In this document: positions 39,606-49,024 of the stretch, in pieces | Layout: each line of letters begins with the position of its first letter | Position numbering within the stretch: the stretch's first letter is position 1 | Assembly (NCBI GenBank): GCA_040222715.1 | Contig: JAVKCN010000015.1 | Coordinates: 39,163-103,162, forward strand | DNA from: Cyclobacteriaceae bacterium | GTDB taxonomy: Bacteria > Bacteroidota > Bacteroidia > Cytophagales > Cyclobacteriaceae | Direction: 5' to 3' | DNA length: 64,000 bases | Program-made: the position numbers and the translations under genes | Notes under the pieces: generated by a model | The model's input: the letters and a program-made list of their open reading frames with translations, nothing else | What the model was told of the DNA's origin: nothing | The model's database searches: none

Positions 39606-40223
39606 CTAATAATCAAATGCTTTCTCCCCCGCTTCAATCGGAACATCCATCACATTTTCCTGAGGGGGCAACGGGCAACTGAAGGTAGGATTATAGGCGC
39701 AATACGGATTATAGGCGAGATTAAAGTCCATCTCCAGTGTTTTTTGCCCGGTGCGGCTGGGCATTTCTATATTCAGGTAACGCCCTCCACCGTACGTTTC
39801 TTCCCCACTGGTGGCATCAGCAAACGCCAGAAATAATATAGGGGGTTGCTGTTGCTCAAAGGGTTGCAGTACCAGCAGCCGCTGGGGTTGTCCCCCAAGT
39901 TCAAATTGAGCATAACCATAGCGAATATACTTCTCATCTTCCCCACTGCTCGTAGGCAAAACAAGTAGCTTATGATCATCAATTCGCTCCAGGCGGGCAG
40001 TCACCCGGTAGGTGGGATTGGGTTCGTAGTAGCTCAACTCCTGAAATGGAATGCTGTCCGGAGCAAAAGGAGATTCATCAGATCCCCGCAAAAAATTACG
40101 GATTTGCTCCCGCTCCCGCACAATGCGTTCAATGTACTCCTCTTCCGATTCTCCCCCCTGCAATGCGTACACAAAGATCCCAATCATAACCAACCCGACT
40201 ATCCCCAGAATTACCTTATTCAT
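39606..40223 (-). CDS. DUF1684 domain-containing protein
   Basis: FADATSGEETYGGGRYL...DFNLAYNPYCAYN...CPLPP. Confidence 0.9.
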   Translation of the reverse strand: MNKVILGIVGLVMIGIFVYALQGGESEEEYIERIVREREQIRNFLRGSDESPFAPDSIPFQELSYYEPNPTYRVTARLERIDDHKLLVLPTSSGEDEKYIRYGYAQFELGGQPQRLLVLQPFEQQQPPILFLAFADATSGEETYGGGRYLNIEMPSRTGQKTLEMDFNLAYNPYCAYNPTFSCPLPPQENVMDVPIEAGEKAFDY

Positions 40224-40669
40224 AAGTATTGCTATTATATGTATGCCCTATTCGACACAAATTCACCAGGTATAAAAATAATAGCTTAGTCATTAGCGGG
40301 CAGCGTTGGGGTATAATTTTTTTCATCAGGAAAGCTTCTCTTTCATTTATCCTCTCAGATTTTTGGTATTAGTCTGGTACATGCCTGAATGATATCGGTA
40401 AACATTCGTTCCTTTCTTCTCCCATCGTCTTTTGCATATTCCCCCATAGAGTTTCTTCTACAACGATCTTACTTAAACGCGAAATTACTTTTGCCAGCCA
40501 CACAAACTCTGGATAGAGAAACCCCTATATACAAAAACCGAAGAAGATCCCTCCTTCGGTGCTGATTACTCTGTCAAAAACTATTATCCGTTTTAGCAGA
40601 TTCGTTTAGAAAATCATTTTGTAAAGATTCTCTCTGCTCTAAAACGACGACACTGTCAAATATAACTCA

Positions 40670-41230
40670 TTAGTATTTTCGGGCATATAGGTGTACCTCA
40701 GTGATTGCTGTACGGGGAAAAGAATACGATAATCCTTTATTCAAATAAGATTTTTCCGGCTGGGTCGTGAAAAAAGCTGCAGAATTCGGTACGCGAACTC
40801 CCCAGGAACCAGAAGATTGTAACTCCCCGGGAAGAATGTAAGCGAGATGTCCGATATTAGATTTATTGATATAAACCGCTACCACTGCTTTGTTTTCATT
40901 GGCTAGTTTTTGGGCTTTGGCAAGCACTTCCTGATCGTATCCTTTTCCCAGCAGCGTCCAGCGATTGTCGCTTTGTAAATAATCCTGTATTTCGCTCACC
41001 AGCATGTATCGGCCTTTTGTAGATGTATAAAAATCGTTAACTCTGTAAATGGTTTTCAGGGTCTGGCCGATAAAGGCATTGCACGAATTAACACCAATGT
41101 TGGAAGTATTCTCGCATGATTTGAATTGATTGATTTCCTCATGCAGTTCGCTACTCCAGTTTCGGTTAATTGTTTGCGCATGAGAAAGAGAGAAGCACAG
41201 TATGATAAAAGAGGTAATGACAAGTTTCAT
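40670..41230 (-). CDS. Secreted hypothetical protein, possible Cys/His peptidoglycan amidase-like fold
   Basis: Signal peptide ending in SHA; SCNAFI and GHLAYI motifs. Confidence 0.6.
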   Translation of the reverse strand: MKLVITSFIILCFSLSHAQTINRNWSSELHEEINQFKSCENTSNIGVNSCNAFIGQTLKTIYRVNDFYTSTKGRYMLVSEIQDYLQSDNRWTLLGKGYDQEVLAKAQKLANENKAVVAVYINKSNIGHLAYILPGELQSSGSWGVRVPNSAAFFTTQPEKSYLNKGLSYSFPRTAITEVHLYARKY

Positions 41231-41779
41231 AAGTAAGTACTGTTTGTGAGATTACAAATTTCATCAAATATGCTTCGTTCCACTAACCGTATATATTATT
41301 TTTGTTACATTGTTTATTAAAATAATGTAATTAATGCATTATTTTATTACTCTCCCCAATCTTGATTGCAAGCAATTTTTCTCAGCGTATCAGTATACTT
41401 ACTTATCAGTTAATGCACCTCCTTCATTTTAAGGCTATATATGTGAATCTGTATCTGGCAATATCATAGGTATTATCTACTACTATTTTGCGCAATGCAA
41501 AATTTACAAATCCCCTTCTGGGCAAAATATTTTATTATTATGCTTGCCAAAAACCCTGAAAATGTATTGTAGAACATCAAGGACCTAACCGTTTTTTACT
41601 ATAGAAGTAATATATTATCTCGCCTGACATGCCAGCTACACCACAAACCTTACACGAACTTTGTCCGCCATTTCTGCCTTCTACCACTCATTGAAAAGGG
41701 TATGCTCAATGTGATGGAGTTGCATCTTCTCTTTGCTATAATCCCCCCTGATCAATAAGCTACCTGATTTTCTTAATGA

Positions 41780-43087
41780 CAATAGTCCGTAGAGTTTTGA
41801 CTGGGGAATAAATTAAAAAGGCGGAAGCATAGTTTTGAGGTTGCGAGACCTTAAACGAGCACTTCCACCTATGAATGTAGAAACACTCACAGCACTAATA
41901 TTGGACAAAATGCCTGACATAGGCAAATGGCAACGAGACTTTATGATTCAGCTGATGCCTTTACTGTTGACCATCCGTGGCCGCCACAATTTTGAGAACC
42001 TATCTCGCTATAGTTCTTTCAACGAGGCGACCTACCGGGTACGCTATGAAAAGAGCTTTGCCTTTGAGCGGTTCAACAAGGGGTTGATCTTATCTATGCC
42101 CGAAGAGGAACGCATCATTGCTTTTGATCCTAGTTACCTGCCTAAAAGCGGAAAGCATACCCCAGGTACGGGCTACTTCTGGTCTGGCTGCGCCAACACT
42201 ACTAAGTACGGCCTGGAGATTAGCGGCTTTGCCAGTGTGGGATTAGAGAGTCGTACGGCCCTGCACCTGTACGCCAAGCAAACCATTGGTCAACAAAAAT
42301 ATGATTCACTACTGGACTATTACGCCAGCCTAGTGATAGAGCAAACTGATCAATTGAAAGCTGTCTCTGACAAGGTAGTAGCCGATGGCTACTTCTGGCG
42401 CAGACCTTTCGTTGATGCAGTGACTGGACAGGGTTTCACTTTCATTAGTAAGTTACCTAGTAACGCGGTATTGCAGTATCCTCATCTAGGGCCAAAGACC
42501 AAGCGCAGAGGCAGGCCCCCTAAGTATCAGGGACGCGTAGAGCGGCTTGCTTTGGATAAGGCTCACTTTACCCCCTGTCTGCAAGAAGGTAATATGATGG
42601 CTTATCAAGGCAAAGTCTATGTGAAAGCATTGGATCGGCTAGTGAAGTGTGTCATCGTGCAGATCACTAAAAAAGATGGCTCGGTGAGAGCCGAAGCCTT
42701 TTTTTGCACAGACCCTACTATGGAGGGTGCTAAAGTACTGGAATGCTATCCCTTGCGCTTCCAAATCGAGTTTCTGTACCGCGACGCTAAGCAACATACC
42801 GGTCTTACCGAATGCCAAGCGCGTAGTGAGCAGAGCATACATACTCATATCAACGCCAGTTTGACGGCCGTATCATTAGCCAAAGTAGCATACGCTTGGC
42901 CTCAAGCAGGGCAAGAAAGAAAACCATTCTCTTTATCCAGCATCAAAACCCGATACTTCAATGAACATTTGCTGAACCGATTTTTTACCGAGTTCGGCAT
43001 TTCCCCCGAAACTCATCAAAATTCACCACAGTACCATACATTATTCAACTACGGCTGCATTGCCGCTTAAAACTCTACAGACTATTG
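41780..43087 (+). mobile_element. Insertion sequence, IS4 superfamily (DDE), 1308 bp
   Basis: TIRs CAATAGTCCGTAGAGTTTT (41780-41798) and AAAACTCTACAGACTATTG (43069-43087), 18/19 match; direct repeat TAATGA at 41774-41779 and 43088-43093. Confidence 0.92.
41871..43070 (+). CDS. DDE transposase
   Basis: AFDPSYLPKSG, VADGYF, and Y(2)R(3)E(6)K signature YPLRFQIEFLYRDAK. Confidence 0.92.
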   Translation: MNVETLTALILDKMPDIGKWQRDFMIQLMPLLLTIRGRHNFENLSRYSSFNEATYRVRYEKSFAFERFNKGLILSMPEEERIIAFDPSYLPKSGKHTPGTGYFWSGCANTTKYGLEISGFASVGLESRTALHLYAKQTIGQQKYDSLLDYYASLVIEQTDQLKAVSDKVVADGYFWRRPFVDAVTGQGFTFISKLPSNAVLQYPHLGPKTKRRGRPPKYQGRVERLALDKAHFTPCLQEGNMMAYQGKVYVKALDRLVKCVIVQITKKDGSVRAEAFFCTDPTMEGAKVLECYPLRFQIEFLYRDAKQHTGLTECQARSEQSIHTHINASLTAVSLAKVAYAWPQAGQERKPFSLSSIKTRYFNEHLLNRFFTEFGISPETHQNSPQYHTLFNYGCIAA

Positions 43088-44574
43088 TAATGAGACAATA
43101 GGGGTTTCAACACAAGCAAAGCATCGGAACATCCAACGGGAGGCTTGGCATTCAGTCCTGCTTTGGAGACGGGTACTTCCGCTGCATCCGTATAAGTTCC
43201 GTCAGCCGGATTATACCACTGCATCGTTAGTATGTCTGATGCTTTGAACCGCGTTTTCAGGTTAAGTAATGCGCCACTCGTATCAGGAAAGTACACAATA
43301 CACTCCTGATTCGCTTCTGCCATAACGGCTACTTTTTGCAATTCTCCTTCGCCCAAGTTCGAAGAAACCACATCATGCACTGGCGTCCAGTCAGGCCAGT
43401 GGTGGTCGAGGCAAAAGGATTTAATAAAGTTCATACTCATTGCCCCTTCCATGTCCAGTAATTCCTTCCAGCCAGTAAAAGGACTGAATAAAGGTCCATG
43501 TCCCAACGTATCACGAAAGCCTCCGTAGGTAAACCCAGCTGCCCCTCCCAACATACTTTGGCAAGCCTGTCTTCTCATCTGTACTCCTGTAATTGCTCCG
43601 TTTGGGGTAGAAAAGCCTTCATAGCCTGGCTCCCCCATCACCGTAGGTTTTACCGGATTGCTTAACTGATAATCCTGTTGTACGGCCTGGTATACCGCAT
43701 CGGTGTGGGTAAATGTTTCAATCATGTTGAAATCCAGCCAGGCATCTTGGTGAAACCATTCCGAGGAGTTCACCATAGGCGCACCATCAGGGTGATAGGT
43801 CATCAGGGCACTATCCCACCAGGGTGATGCCTCATTCCAGTGCGCTGTTTCTCCGGTAACTCCTCCAACAATTCCTTCGGCCATAGCCCGGTAATACCCC
43901 CGAAAATCGCCTCCATGATCTGCCTTCACGTCTCCGCCCATCACCCAGATAATATGCGTGTAAGCCCGAAAACGCTTTCCTAAAAAGGCACCGTAGGAAC
44001 GCATACTCTCCCTGGAAAATACTTCCTCCGAGAACCCCTGATGGGTGGCATTTACGTAACGTCGCCCCCATACTGGCAGTATCGCCACCATGATCCCTCT
44101 CTCCTCAGCCGCCTGCAGTATGTAATCCACATGATCCCAATAATCATTGGGCAACTCCGGGCTTCCTCCTTCCACAACATGCGGTTGGTTGGGGGCAGGT
44201 TTTCCATTGGTTTCCATAAAAGCCCGAAAGCCATACGCATTGGGTGGGTTGGTGGTAAACGTTACCGGATCATCTTCCCGCTTACCCCAGAACAGGCAGA
44301 GTTGCACCACGTTGAACCCCTGCACTTTCCGATGATCCAGATACGCATCAACACCCTCTCGCGTGAGCCATTCTGACATCCCCCAGGTCGTTCCGCCCAG
44401 CCAGAAAAAAGGTTCACCGCTTTCATCCACCAGATACCGGGAATTGGCTGACACGCTCAGCGCAGGTAGCACCGTCCCTTCCTGCTCCACCGGTTGACAA
44501 CTCAGTAACAGGACAAAAAGCAAAGACAGAAGTAAAAACGGTTCATGAACAGTTGTATTAGGTTTACAGAGCAT
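43075..44574 (-). CDS. DUF4038/apiosidase-like (GH140-like) glycoside hydrolase lipoprotein
   Basis: Lipobox LLSC; YLVDESGEPFFWLG, QGFNVVQ, WVMGGD, TYHP, PTVMGEPGYE; C-terminal WYNP domain. Confidence 0.78.
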   Translation of the reverse strand: MLCKPNTTVHEPFLLLSLLFVLLLSCQPVEQEGTVLPALSVSANSRYLVDESGEPFFWLGGTTWGMSEWLTREGVDAYLDHRKVQGFNVVQLCLFWGKREDDPVTFTTNPPNAYGFRAFMETNGKPAPNQPHVVEGGSPELPNDYWDHVDYILQAAEERGIMVAILPVWGRRYVNATHQGFSEEVFSRESMRSYGAFLGKRFRAYTHIIWVMGGDVKADHGGDFRGYYRAMAEGIVGGVTGETAHWNEASPWWDSALMTYHPDGAPMVNSSEWFHQDAWLDFNMIETFTHTDAVYQAVQQDYQLSNPVKPTVMGEPGYEGFSTPNGAITGVQMRRQACQSMLGGAAGFTYGGFRDTLGHGPLFSPFTGWKELLDMEGAMSMNFIKSFCLDHHWPDWTPVHDVVSSNLGEGELQKVAVMAEANQECIVYFPDTSGALLNLKTRFKASDILTMQWYNPADGTYTDAAEVPVSKAGLNAKPPVGCSDALLVLKPLLSHYNSL

Positions 44575-44582
44575 ATGGTTTA

Positions 44583-45062
44583 TTATAATTCCTTGATCAT
44601 GCGATAATTGGTAATCTCAATTCCCCGAATCAGGTGCTTATTTTCTTTCACCACATGAAACCCTTTCTTCTCGAAAAAGGGACGGGCTGTTTTGCTCACA
44701 TTTGATGTTATGGAGGTTTTACCCAGCCCGGTGGCCTCCTGCTCTAATGCCTGATACAGCCTATCGGCAATACCCTTTCTCAAATAATCATGATGCACGT
44801 ACATGAAATCCAAGTAGTCCCCCTGCTCCAAAGAAGCAAATCCAACCATTGTATCCTGGATTTCTGCCACCAAAAAGTATTGGTGAGTCAATGCTTCCTG
44901 CCAACGATCTTTATTTTCCACTGATAAGGTCCAGACATCGATCTGGTCTGGATGATAATCCGGCTGGCAGGTGCTCCGGATGGTGTCTACAAATAGTTTA
45001 TGCATTGCAGACAGATCACCCATCACCGCGTGTCTGATGTTGATGTTCAAAGTATTTTTCAC
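44583..45062 (-). CDS. GNAT family N-acetyltransferase (YafP-like)
   Basis: YLDFMYVHHDYLRKGIA...SKTARPFFEKKGF. Confidence 0.9.
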   Translation of the reverse strand: MKNTLNINIRHAVMGDLSAMHKLFVDTIRSTCQPDYHPDQIDVWTLSVENKDRWQEALTHQYFLVAEIQDTMVGFASLEQGDYLDFMYVHHDYLRKGIADRLYQALEQEATGLGKTSITSNVSKTARPFFEKKGFHVVKENKHLIRGIEITNYRMIKEL

Positions 45063-45283
45063 GATCGTTTACCAGATTTGCACCCTGATTACCCAGCAGA
45101 GGTCATTCCACCTACTTACGCCCAACAAGTTAAGTGAATTTACAGATAGTCAAAAAGTACCTTTACTCGGTTGAAGTGAGTACTCAATATGCATATTTTG
45201 GTGCTGACATTGATGTTAGCTTCATGCTGTACACTTGCAGAAACCATAGAAAAAATGAGTAAAAGCAATTATCTTTGAACAAT

Positions 45284-45925
45284 ATGCCCCAACACCACTC
45301 CCCCAGCCTGACCAGCCCTTTTCATAACTTCGTTCCGAAAGCAGCAGAAGCCTACTGTCTGGCGTTGTGGAAAAAGTATCAGTTTAGGTTGAAGTGGTCG
45401 AAAGATCGACAGAGTAAATGGGGAGATTACCGCTACCGGAAGTTTCCCAGCGGGTTGGTTCAGCATCAGATTTCTGTCAACCACAACTTGCCCCCCGAGG
45501 CTTTTTTACTGACCTACCTGCATGAGGTAGCCCATCTGGTGGCTTTTCAACAGCATGGGTTCCGCATTCGCCCGCACGGGACGGAATGGAAAGCCTGTTT
45601 CCGGCAGTTGCTGAAACCTGTTTTAACAGAAGTTATGGTTTCTGAAGAAGTACTGGTTCCATTGCGGACTTACGCCAAAAATCCTAAAGCCACCGTACAT
45701 GCTGATGCGGCACTGCTCCGGGCCTTGCAACGGCAGCAATTACCTGCTGGAAGCACTCCGCTGGCCTCGGTAGCAGAACAGGAGCAATTTCTGTTTCAGG
45801 GACGGGCATTTCTGAAGGAAAAAGTACGGCGCACCCGGGCATTATGCCGGGAGGTAGCCACTGGAAAGCGCTATACCATTGCCGAAACGGCCCTCGTTAC
45901 GATGGCCACGACAGGCGGCGAGTGA
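45284..45925 (+). CDS. SprT-like domain protein
   Basis: TYLHEVAH, PHGTEWK. The ORF-track TTG start lies inside a TATCTTTG -7 box, so ATG 45284 is preferred. Confidence 0.85.
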   Translation: MPQHHSPSLTSPFHNFVPKAAEAYCLALWKKYQFRLKWSKDRQSKWGDYRYRKFPSGLVQHQISVNHNLPPEAFLLTYLHEVAHLVAFQQHGFRIRPHGTEWKACFRQLLKPVLTEVMVSEEVLVPLRTYAKNPKATVHADAALLRALQRQQLPAGSTPLASVAEQEQFLFQGRAFLKEKVRRTRALCREVATGKRYTIAETALVTMATTGGE

Positions 45926-46472
45926 TTAACCCATTGACTACCTGGTAAAAAGTGTGGGGCTTCATGGTGCGCCAGTTATCGATCTGCAAATTGCCTCCGA
46001 AGTTCAGGTAAGAATCAATGTTGTATTGAGTCATCTCGGAAAGCACGAAATCGCGAAACCCGACCAGAGCCACCCAACCATCCTCCACATCTTCAAACCA
46101 CTCTTCGTAATAGCAGTCATCTGAACCGTGGAAGTTCATCACATTTTCTCCAATCAGGATAAATTTGTTGATGCCGTATTTCTGTAGGTGGTCGATGATA
46201 CTGCGCTTAAGATGCATGATGTCATTATGGAGTGCATCATTCCACTCCCCGATCATCTCAATAATGACAAAACTCCGATCATAGTCAGTATATAAGATTT
46301 TGATATAGAGCGTTTCTGACCCCATAAAATCCCAGCCCGGATCAATGTAGTATCCGTAGATGGTATTGGAATACAGATCGTAATTATACTCTTTGCCAAA
46401 GAATGGTGACCGCTCATCCGACGCCACATCGTAGTCGGTATGCCAGCGGTAAAAAGGTTCAATCTTGTGCAT
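45897..46472 (-). CDS. Conserved hypothetical Bacteroidota protein
   Basis: 191-aa aromatic/acidic ORF downstream of murQ with normal coding character. Confidence 0.7.
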   Translation of the reverse strand: MHKIEPFYRWHTDYDVASDERSPFFGKEYNYDLYSNTIYGYYIDPGWDFMGSETLYIKILYTDYDRSFVIIEMIGEWNDALHNDIMHLKRSIIDHLQKYGINKFILIGENVMNFHGSDDCYYEEWFEDVEDGWVALVGFRDFVLSEMTQYNIDSYLNFGGNLQIDNWRTMKPHTFYQVVNGLITRRLSWPS

Positions 46473-46478
46473 ACATTG

Positions 46479-47288
46479 CTATTTTTGGTACGCCTCTACC
46501 GCTTTCCGCACCGAGCCGTGCTGTTCCAGGAGCTGTTTTGCTTGTTCCCGTTCCACCCCCAGTTCCTCCATGATCATGCGCTCTCCCCGGTCAACCAGTT
46601 TATTATTGCTCAGTTGCATATCCACCATGCGGTTTCCTTTCACTCGTCCCAAGCCGATCATGGTAGCGGTAGAGAGCATGTTTAACACTAATTTTTGGGC
46701 GGTACCCGCTTTCATCCGCGTGCTGCCTGTGACAAACTCCGGCCCCACCACTACCTCAATGGGCACTTCCACCTCAGCAGCCAACGCCGAACCCTGATTA
46801 CAGGTGATACAACCGGTCAGAATGCCTTTGGCCCGGGCAGTTTTCACCCCTCCAATCACATACGGAGTTCGGCCCGAAGCGGCGATACCCACCAGTATAT
46901 CATTCTCATTTATATTATACTCCTGTAGATCTTTCCAGGCCTGCTCCGGATCATCTTCGGCAAACTCCACTGCCTTGCGGATGGCTGAGTCGCCTCCGGC
47001 CATAATGCCGATCACCCAGTCGTGGGGTACGCCGTAGGTGGGGGGGCACTCGGAAGCATCTACAATGCCCAGTCGCCCGCTGGTTCCTGCTCCGATGTAG
47101 AACAATCGTCCGCCTTTTTTCATCCGGGCCACCGTACCTTCCACGAGTTTCTGCACTTGTGGAATAACATTCTCTACGGCAAAAGCCACTTTTTTATCTT
47201 CGTTGTTAATTCCGGCCAACAGTTCCCCCAGTGGCATCTTTTCCAGGTGATCATATAAGGAGACAGACTCGGTGGTTGACATTGACAT
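46479..47288 (-). CDS. murQ: N-acetylmuramic acid 6-phosphate etherase
   Basis: GAGTSGRLGIVDASECPPTYG; GPEFVTGSTRMKAGTAQK. Confidence 0.96.
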   Translation of the reverse strand: MSMSTTESVSLYDHLEKMPLGELLAGINNEDKKVAFAVENVIPQVQKLVEGTVARMKKGGRLFYIGAGTSGRLGIVDASECPPTYGVPHDWVIGIMAGGDSAIRKAVEFAEDDPEQAWKDLQEYNINENDILVGIAASGRTPYVIGGVKTARAKGILTGCITCNQGSALAAEVEVPIEVVVGPEFVTGSTRMKAGTAQKLVLNMLSTATMIGLGRVKGNRMVDMQLSNNKLVDRGERMIMEELGVEREQAKQLLEQHGSVRKAVEAYQK

Positions 47289-47364
47289 AGTAAATGATGA
47301 TTAATGGTTTGACAGAAACATAACTCCGGTTGCAAAAAAAAGGATCGGATAAATCAGAAAAAAA

Positions 47365-48219
47365 TCAGTCAGGCTGATGATAAAGGGTAAGTCCGGCAAT
47401 CGGGCTCTCCAGAATATTCTGGATGCGGATGCCCCGATCATTCGCCGCCTGCCGAAGCAGGTTGGCATAGTAAAACGCTACCCCACCCGTGAAGTGTACG
47501 CCCAGCTGCTGATAATTTTCGTACTGCGCCACATTTTTCTCCAGAAACTGGCTAAAGCCTTCGTATATCATGCGAGCCACCCACGGATGTTTTACGTGAT
47601 GAAACGCAAAACGGGAGAACTGCGCCAAATACCGATTCGCCTGAGGCTGCCGATAGACATGATCCAGCACTTCTCCGACTGATGGCGAAAAACGCTTCTC
47701 AAACGGAGCGCGTAAGACTTCCGGCATCGCCCTTTTGAAATACCCGTTCAGCAACTGTTTACCAATCCAGGTGGCACTGCCCTCATCGCCCAGAATATAG
47801 CCCAGCGGCGGCACGTTGTCTACGATTGTTTCACCGTCGTACAAACAAGAGTTAGCTCCAGTACCGATGATGCAGGCAATTCCGGCCTGATGCCCACAGA
47901 GTGCCCGGGCGGCGGCCAGCAAATCGTTATGCACTTCATTCTGACTATCCGGAAAAACCGCTTGCAGTGCTCTCTCAACCATTTGACAGGCCGCTTCAGT
48001 AGCACAGCCCGCTCCGTAGAAGTAGATTTTTAAGGCTTTACCTGCTACTTCTTTGGTAACCTGAGGCACTAATTCCTCTTGTAACTGCCGGGCAATATCT
48101 TCTGACGATTGATGATAAGGATTAAACCCCACCGTTTTGGCCTGAGAAATTTTCCCGCTTTCATCAATCAGGCGCCAATCCGTTTTAGTTGAGCCGCTAT
48201 CGGCAATAAGTATCATCAT
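47365..48219 (-). CDS. N-acetylglucosamine/N-acetylmuramate kinase (BadF/BadG ATPase family)
   Basis: IADSGSTKTDW, CIIGTGANSC, GYILGDEGS; upstream of murQ. Confidence 0.85.
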   Translation of the reverse strand: MMILIADSGSTKTDWRLIDESGKISQAKTVGFNPYHQSSEDIARQLQEELVPQVTKEVAGKALKIYFYGAGCATEAACQMVERALQAVFPDSQNEVHNDLLAAARALCGHQAGIACIIGTGANSCLYDGETIVDNVPPLGYILGDEGSATWIGKQLLNGYFKRAMPEVLRAPFEKRFSPSVGEVLDHVYRQPQANRYLAQFSRFAFHHVKHPWVARMIYEGFSQFLEKNVAQYENYQQLGVHFTGGVAFYYANLLRQAANDRGIRIQNILESPIAGLTLYHQPD

Positions 48220-48301
48220 CCGTTTATACAATTATCCTTTACATAGGTACAAATATATCTATGCATTTGACGTTACCTTCTTAAAATTTGTCATACCACG
48301 C

Positions 48302-49024
48302 ATGACGGCTTCGGTTGATTCCTTGCTATTTCTTTCCTGGGAAAGAACCTTTCTGCTAACTCTCCTTTTCTTCGGATTGTTGTACTTTATCTCAGCCGGG
48401 CTGGCCAGCGGATTAGCAAAGTGGCTCTCTCACCGCCAACAAGGGCAATCCATGCACACCACTCCGGTGACAAACCGACAGATTAGAAAAGAGATTCGCC
48501 GTTCGCTGGTTTCTATTGTAGTCTTCGCATTGCTGGCCATTCCGGTGCAGGTTGCCTATGCCCATCAGATTATTCATATCAACTGGTCGTTGCAGGTGTA
48601 TACGCTGATTCCTGAAATACTGGTTCTATTCTTCTGGAATGAGTTGCACTTTTATGCCTGTCACCGTTTATTGCATCATCCCTGGTTGTTTCGCCGGGTA
48701 CATTATCAGCACCATCAGTCTACTACGCCTACTCCCTACGCAACCTACAGCTTTCACTGGTTTGAGGCTTTCTTGCTGGGCACGGTGATCTACCTTCCAC
48801 TCAGCCTATTTTCATTTCAGTACCTGGCCCTGCTCTCGCTGCCGGTGCTTAGTATTCTTCTCAATACATTAGGGCACTGGGATTATGATCTGGCACCTGA
48901 AAAATCGCCGGATCACTGGCTTAAGTTCTCTTTTCGCCATAGCCAGCACCACCGCCGGGTGCGGGGAAACTACGGTTTCTTTCTGCCTTATTTCGATCAA
49001 CTCTTTCGTACCAAAACACCATGA
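48302..49024 (+). CDS. Sterol desaturase / fatty acid hydroxylase family protein
   Basis: His boxes HRLLH, HYQHH, HSQHH; membrane segments. Confidence 0.88.
   Translation: MTASVDSLLFLSWERTFLLTLLFFGLLYFISAGLASGLAKWLSHRQQGQSMHTTPVTNRQIRKEIRRSLVSIVVFALLAIPVQVAYAHQIIHINWSLQVYTLIPEILVLFFWNELHFYACHRLLHHPWLFRRVHYQHHQSTTPTPYATYSFHWFEAFLLGTVIYLPLSLFSFQYLALLSLPVLSILLNTLGHWDYDLAPEKSPDHWLKFSFRHSQHHRRVRGNYGFFLPYFDQLFRTKTP

Noticed and set aside
43088-43101. Target DNA after the TSD (GACAATAG) resembles the IS left end (CAATAG)
   Set aside because: Only a 6-bp match; may be chance without other insertion sites to compare.
44534-44546. Possible poly-T slippage: ATG 44546 would give MNRFLLLSLLFVLLLSC with one more T
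   Set aside because: An in-frame ATG at 44574 with a plausible A-rich context already yields an intact lipoprotein; no evidence for phase variation.
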